Assembly (NCBI GenBank): GCA_041746575.1 | Contig: JBGTGT010000011.1 | Span: 92,660-156,659, forward strand | Source of the DNA: Microcystaceae cyanobacterium | GTDB lineage: Bacteria; Cyanobacteriota; Cyanobacteriia; Cyanobacteriales; Microcystaceae | Reading direction: 5' to 3' | DNA: 64,000 nucleotides | Shown: positions 59,740 through 64,000 of the stretch, piece by piece | How positions within the stretch are numbered: the stretch's first letter is position 1 | How the letters are laid out: every line of letters starts with the position of its first letter | The notes under the pieces: model-generated | What the model was told of the DNA's origin: nothing | The model's database searches: none | Seen by the model: only the letters and a program-made list of their open reading frames with translations | Translations under genes and position numbers: made by a program

Positions 59740-61299
59740 GTGATGCTCAAACTGCGCTCTTTAGTTCTTTTCAGTTCTTTTTTATTATTTCTAGAAAATA
59801 TTGCTTGTCCTTGGCAAGGTTTAGCAAATTCTGCTAATTCTCCGTCTTCAGTTGTTCAATCTATATCAGCTTGCAAAAATCAATTAAACGCTCAAATTAA
59901 TTATCTCATAGAACAGCCCAATTTAAAGCGATCGCATTGGGGTATCCTCATTCAAAACCTTCGGACTGATGAAGTTATTTATGCTTTAAATGAAGACAAA
60001 TATTTTATTCCTGCTTCTAATGTAAAATTAATCACCAGTGCGGTTGCTTTATTGAGTTTAAAAGAAACTTATCGCATTCGCACTTCTTTTTGGGCAAAAG
60101 GTTCAGCCCCTTATTTAGACCAGTTAAGGATAGTTGGTAAAGGCGATCCAAGTTTAACGACCGAACAGCTTAAAACCACTGTTCAAAAGTTAAAGCAATT
60201 TGGGATTAAACAAATTAATCAGTTAATCATCGACGATAGTTATTTCAATAATGCAGGGATTAATCCGACTTGGGAATGGGAAGATATTCAATATGAATAT
60301 GCGCCAACCATTAGCAGTTTAACCTTAAACGATAACAAAGTTGACTTGATCTTAAAACCGCAACAAATTGGTCAAACTTTAACCATAGAGTGGTCTGATG
60401 AAATCGCTAGCAAACAATGGCAAATTGTCAATCAAACAAAAACAGTTCCTCTGGGAGAAGATAATAATATTACCTTGCATTTTCAGAGAGGAAACAATCG
60501 TCTCGAAATTAAAGGACAATTAACAACAGATGCTCAACCTAATATTACAGGTTTGTCTATTCTAGATCCTACTGTCTATTTTTTAGAAGTGTTTCAAGCT
60601 TTATTACAACAAGAAGGAATTCGAGTTTTACAGTCTAAAATTACTCATGATTCATCGAAAGAAAATAAAAAAGAAATCTTGAGCATTGATTATCCTCTGT
60701 CAGATTTTCTAAAAAAAGTCAACCAAGATAGTGATAATTTATATGCGGAGAATCTTTATCAAATTGTGTTCAAAGAAGTCTCGAAAAAAGATTTAGCTAA
60801 AATTATTGATTTAGAAGAAATACAATTAAGAGATGGTTCGGGGTTATCCCGTTATAATCTCATAAAACCTTTAACTTTTGTTACTCTTTTAAAATCAATC
60901 TACCATCGCTCAAATTCGAATTATCTGGCTTATAAAAATACCTTAGCGATCGCTGGTGTAAATGGTACACTTAAATCTCGTTTTCTTAACACGACTATTG
61001 CGGGCAAGCTATGGGGGAAAACGGGCACTTTAACAGGAATTTCTGCCTTATCAGGTTACCTCGAATTAGACCATAAGAATCCCATGACTTTTAGCATTAT
61101 GGTTAATCATTCTCCCCAATCCTCAGCCATTCTTCGACAAGGAATTGACGATATAATTGTCTCTCTAAACGACTTTTCTCAATGTCAAATTAATTCTCAA
61201 TTACGTCCAGTCTTTGATATTAGTTTACTAACGAACGAATTTGCTGTTGATAAGCTTGAGAATTTAAACCATCTCCTTGATAAGCAATCGTTGGATTAA
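59740..61299 (+). CDS. dacB: D-alanyl-D-alanine carboxypeptidase/endopeptidase (PBP4, S13 family)
   Basis: PASNVK (SxxK), GDPSL, SDNLYAE, DGSGLSRYN, GKTGTL. Confidence 0.92.
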   Translation: MMLKLRSLVLFSSFLLFLENIACPWQGLANSANSPSSVVQSISACKNQLNAQINYLIEQPNLKRSHWGILIQNLRTDEVIYALNEDKYFIPASNVKLITSAVALLSLKETYRIRTSFWAKGSAPYLDQLRIVGKGDPSLTTEQLKTTVQKLKQFGIKQINQLIIDDSYFNNAGINPTWEWEDIQYEYAPTISSLTLNDNKVDLILKPQQIGQTLTIEWSDEIASKQWQIVNQTKTVPLGEDNNITLHFQRGNNRLEIKGQLTTDAQPNITGLSILDPTVYFLEVFQALLQQEGIRVLQSKITHDSSKENKKEILSIDYPLSDFLKKVNQDSDNLYAENLYQIVFKEVSKKDLAKIIDLEEIQLRDGSGLSRYNLIKPLTFVTLLKSIYHRSNSNYLAYKNTLAIAGVNGTLKSRFLNTTIAGKLWGKTGTLTGISALSGYLELDHKNPMTFSIMVNHSPQSSAILRQGIDDIIVSLNDFSQCQINSQLRPVFDISLLTNEFAVDKLENLNHLLDKQSLD

Positions 61300-62047
61300 C
61301 TGATTGTTTAAGGGCAATCACTCGTTGAGAAGCGGCTGGATGGGTACTTAAAAGAGTAGCAGAAGATGGAGATTGACTAGCTAATTTCTGCATAAAACTA
61401 ATCATTCCAATGGGAGCATAACCCGCCTTGATCATATTTTTTAAACCTAATTGATCGGCTTCTCGTTCAGCTTCACGACTGTAGGGAAGATTAAAGGCTA
61501 ATTCTACCCCTAATCGTACCATCGTATTGGTATCTATTCCGGCGGCAGACATTAATCCTTGAGAAATAGCCACATTCCGCATTTGGTTAACGGCGTGTCG
61601 AGCAGTAACATGAGCAATTTCGTGTGCCATAACCCCCGCTAACTCCGCTTCGTTTTCTGCTTTAGCAATCAATCCTGTGTTAACGTAAACATAGCCCCCC
61701 ATCGTCGCAAAAGCATTTACTTCGGGATTGTCGACGACTGAAAAAGTATAAGGGATTTGAGAACGAGAACTTCGGGCGGCTAATCGCTGACCAATGACAT
61801 TAATTTTTTGCTGAAGTTGACGGTTAGAAGAGAGGCGAATTTTGCGAGAATTAATTAATTGTTGATGAATTTGTTGGCCAATTTGAACTTCTTGACGATC
61901 AGACATCGCAGAAAGTTGAATCACTTGTAATCCTTGAAATAACCAAGGTAACCAAGCTTGACTACTGGCGGGTGATGGTGTGGTAACCAGAAAAAGGCTT
62001 GCTAATAATAAAGAAATAAAAGTAGAAATTTTAGAAGACAACATCAT
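61220..62047 (-). CDS. M48 family metallopeptidase
   Basis: VNAFATMGG, ELAGVMAHEIAH, SREAEREAD, LSTHP. Confidence 0.92.
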   Translation of the reverse strand: MMLSSKISTFISLLLASLFLVTTPSPASSQAWLPWLFQGLQVIQLSAMSDRQEVQIGQQIHQQLINSRKIRLSSNRQLQQKINVIGQRLAARSSRSQIPYTFSVVDNPEVNAFATMGGYVYVNTGLIAKAENEAELAGVMAHEIAHVTARHAVNQMRNVAISQGLMSAAGIDTNTMVRLGVELAFNLPYSREAEREADQLGLKNMIKAGYAPIGMISFMQKLASQSPSSATLLSTHPAASQRVIALKQSVNPTIAYQGDGLNSQAYQQQIRSLVN

Positions 62048-62230
62048 TTCTAAATCCCAAAGGTGTTACGCTATATTCTTACGATACAAAAATCTGTGAT
62101 GGGATGTCAGTCCCAAAACAAGTAGAAGCTTAGGGATAATTTCTTTTTCTTTTCGCTATTGAAGGAGAAAAAAGTAGAAAAGAATATTTAAATTATTGTT
62201 AAATTATGGGCGATAAACCTTAAACCAGTC

Positions 62231-62653
62231 CTAATTATGTGCTAAATAAAAAGAATAATTATTATCATTCTGATCTTTTAAATATAACTCATACAACCCA
62301 CTAACTAAATTATTATAATACCAATGAAAAACAATCTCTTTTTTTAATGACGAATGACCCGTTTTTAAAGATCCTGAAACCAGTTTTCCGTCTCGACGAA
62401 TTTGAGCCGATGTTACGTTTGTTTCGGTTGAACGGATGAGTATTACATCATAATAACTTGTCGGTTTTTCAAAAACAATAGGAAAATAAATAGGTCTAAA
62501 CTGTTGCCAAATTATTGCATTCCCTCGCAAACTTTGAGGCGGAATTCCTGCCTTTTGTAAAACGGTTACTGTATTTAGACGAAAGCCAAAATCTTGATGA
62601 GTTGCTTGCAGTTTAATTTCGTCTAAAAGATAATTTTTAATCGCTGAGCGCAA
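62231..62653 (-). CDS. Hypothetical protein, possibly 5'-truncated by adjacent IS remnants
   Basis: 140-aa ORF with TTG start directly beside IS debris. Confidence 0.4.
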   Translation of the reverse strand: MRSAIKNYLLDEIKLQATHQDFGFRLNTVTVLQKAGIPPQSLRGNAIIWQQFRPIYFPIVFEKPTSYYDVILIRSTETNVTSAQIRRDGKLVSGSLKTGHSSLKKEIVFHWYYNNLVSGLYELYLKDQNDNNYSFYLAHN

Positions 62654-62776
62654 AACTCCAGATAGTCCCTACAAAACAGTGGAGGTCGTGAATTGATAAG
62701 CTTTTTCGGGAATCGGAGCCAGAATCAAATCACGCCATGTCAGTTGAGTTGTAGTTAGTCCCATTTTCATTCCTGG

Positions 62777-62993
62777 GGCTTGATTTTTGTTTAAGTCCCA
62801 CTAGGTAATTTCTAAACCCAGTTTTCTAAGCTTTAGTTGAGAAGCAATCATCGAAACGCTTACACCATTTTTCAAAGCAGGGTGGCATGGCTTCAGGAGT
62901 CGTCTCTCTCATGGGGGTTATCTCGACGTGAAATTATGATCTGACAACGATTATACCCTAATTTTACTCTTGTTATCGTTTAAGTCCCATTAG
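62777..62993 (-). mobile_element. IS701-family remnants: one end with transposase N-terminus, plus a second end at a CTAG
   Basis: MRETTPEAMPPCFEKWCKRFDDCFSTKA*KTGFRNYL from ATG 62912; GTTTAAGTCCCA(C/T)TAG at 62789-62804 and 62978-62993. Confidence 0.8.
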
Positions 62994-63237
62994 TTCGTTG
63001 AGGAACATTTGGAGCTTTACTCAATTCAAATAGTGTTCTTTCTTCTTCAGACGTTAAAAAGACCCTTAATCGTGGAGATGACATTTGTTAATCTTTAATT
63101 GTTGTCAATCTAATTAAACTCTATTAACATATTTTTGGGTCTTTTTTGGGCGATCACGGCTAATTTCTTAACATAAATTTACATACTGCTGATTATTTAC
63201 GTCCGACTACTTAGTGTCAGGGTTAAGCGTTTGATCC

Positions 63238-63544
63238 GAGTTACCCACATATTGAGAAGCAAGACGATCAGCCTGCACGATTACAGCGATTGCCACGTAT
63301 TCGAGTTGCACAGATTGTATTGTCGTGGATTTATCTTGCCTACGGTTGGTCTGTAGAGGAGATATGCCGACAGCACATTTACTTAAAGCCAGCCGAAGCT
63401 CATGCAGCAATGGGCTACTATTTTGACCATCAGGAAGAAATTGATCGAGAAATCTCTCAGGAATGGGAGCAGGTGCAAGTCGGTATAGCGCGAGCAGTTA
63501 GATCACCTTTTTACACTAGGATGAAAGCTAAAGGGCTGCTGTAA
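63238..63544 (+). pseudogene. DUF433-family antitoxin, native start codon lost
   Basis: SYPHIEK...PRIRVAQIV...AYGWSVEEICRQH.YL..AEAHAAMGYYFDHQEEID; in-frame TAA immediately upstream. Confidence 0.75.
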
Positions 63545-63712
63545 GTGGCTATTGCTTTGTATATGGATGTCCATATTCCCCAAGCTATTACTAATCAGTT
63601 GCGTCGTCGGAGTGTAGATGTATTGACGGCGTTTGATGATGAAAATCAAGAACTACCTGATGCTCAACTTTTGTTAAGGGTGACTCAACTTAATCGAGTC
63701 CTCTTTACCTAA
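63545..63712 (+). pseudogene. DUF5615 PIN-like toxin, truncated by an insertion
   Basis: GTG start: MAIALYMDVHIPQAITNQLRRRSVDVLTA...LPDAQLL......NRVLFT*. It stops where T.D and the second half of the domain are expected. Confidence 0.8.
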
Positions 63713-64000
63713 CGTGAGTTCGACAGAGGAAAAAAACCACTTCTGTTCTCCCAAAATAAAATCAAGCCATGAGGATTTTAAGCGATCGCTTAATTCTTGG
63801 AGAGTAGCATCGTTATCTTCTTCTACCAATTCTTTCACAATTTCAAGTTGTTTTGAGTAAATCAAAGGCGGTTTGCCACCACCATGAGGTAATGGCTCTA
63901 CACTTTTTGTAACTTCATAACGTCTGAGGAGACGATTAACGAAACTATAACTTACTTGAAAACGATCTGCCAGTTGTTGAGTTGATTCATTGGTCTGATT
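63710..64000 (-). mobile_element. IS630-family transposase N-terminal fragment plus an IS-end-like sequence (TAACGTGAGTTCGA)
   Basis: STQQLADRFQVSYSFVNRLLRRY...VEPLPHGGGKPP...LVEEDNDATLQEL; continues past the window end. Confidence 0.82.

Larger units (their letters stand above)
54..63789. repeat. HIP1 octamer GCGATCGC dispersed through the window
   Basis: Many copies seen, e.g. 54-61, 54498-54505 and 63782-63789; not exhaustively counted. Confidence 0.95.

Overview
AT-rich chromosomal window from a cyanobacterium, probably unicellular and Chroococcales-like. The evidence is abundant HIP1 octamers (GCGATCGC), rpaA, psb35, ho1, type-2 mcdAB and PEP-CTERM proteins. Most of it is housekeeping or conserved genes: menA, gcvP, rpaA, NDH-2, ho1, dprA, dusB, rpsN, gdhA, ftsH, dacB. 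No tRNA, rRNA or canonical CRISPR array was recognised. Points of most interest: (1) a small basic ORF at 53353-53607 with an ArfA-like KGKGGS motif and an intrinsic terminator inside its own coding sequence, a candidate non-stop-mRNA-regulated ribosome-rescue factor; (2) a Fur-boxed futA-feoA-two-domain multicopper oxidase-lipoprotein-porin iron cluster; (3) a coupled DUF1611-PLP racemase-B12 radical SAM operon, preceded by an unannotated 35-aa Lys-rich ORF; (4) a 37-bp repeat/34-bp insert/37-bp repeat inside a dead IS1, with the geometry of an ectopic CRISPR spacer integration; (5) a ubiX frameshifted in an A9 tract; (6) several IS remnants and pseudogenes near 54 kb, 56 kb and 62.7-64 kb. 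All family calls come from motif recognition by eye, not from database searches.
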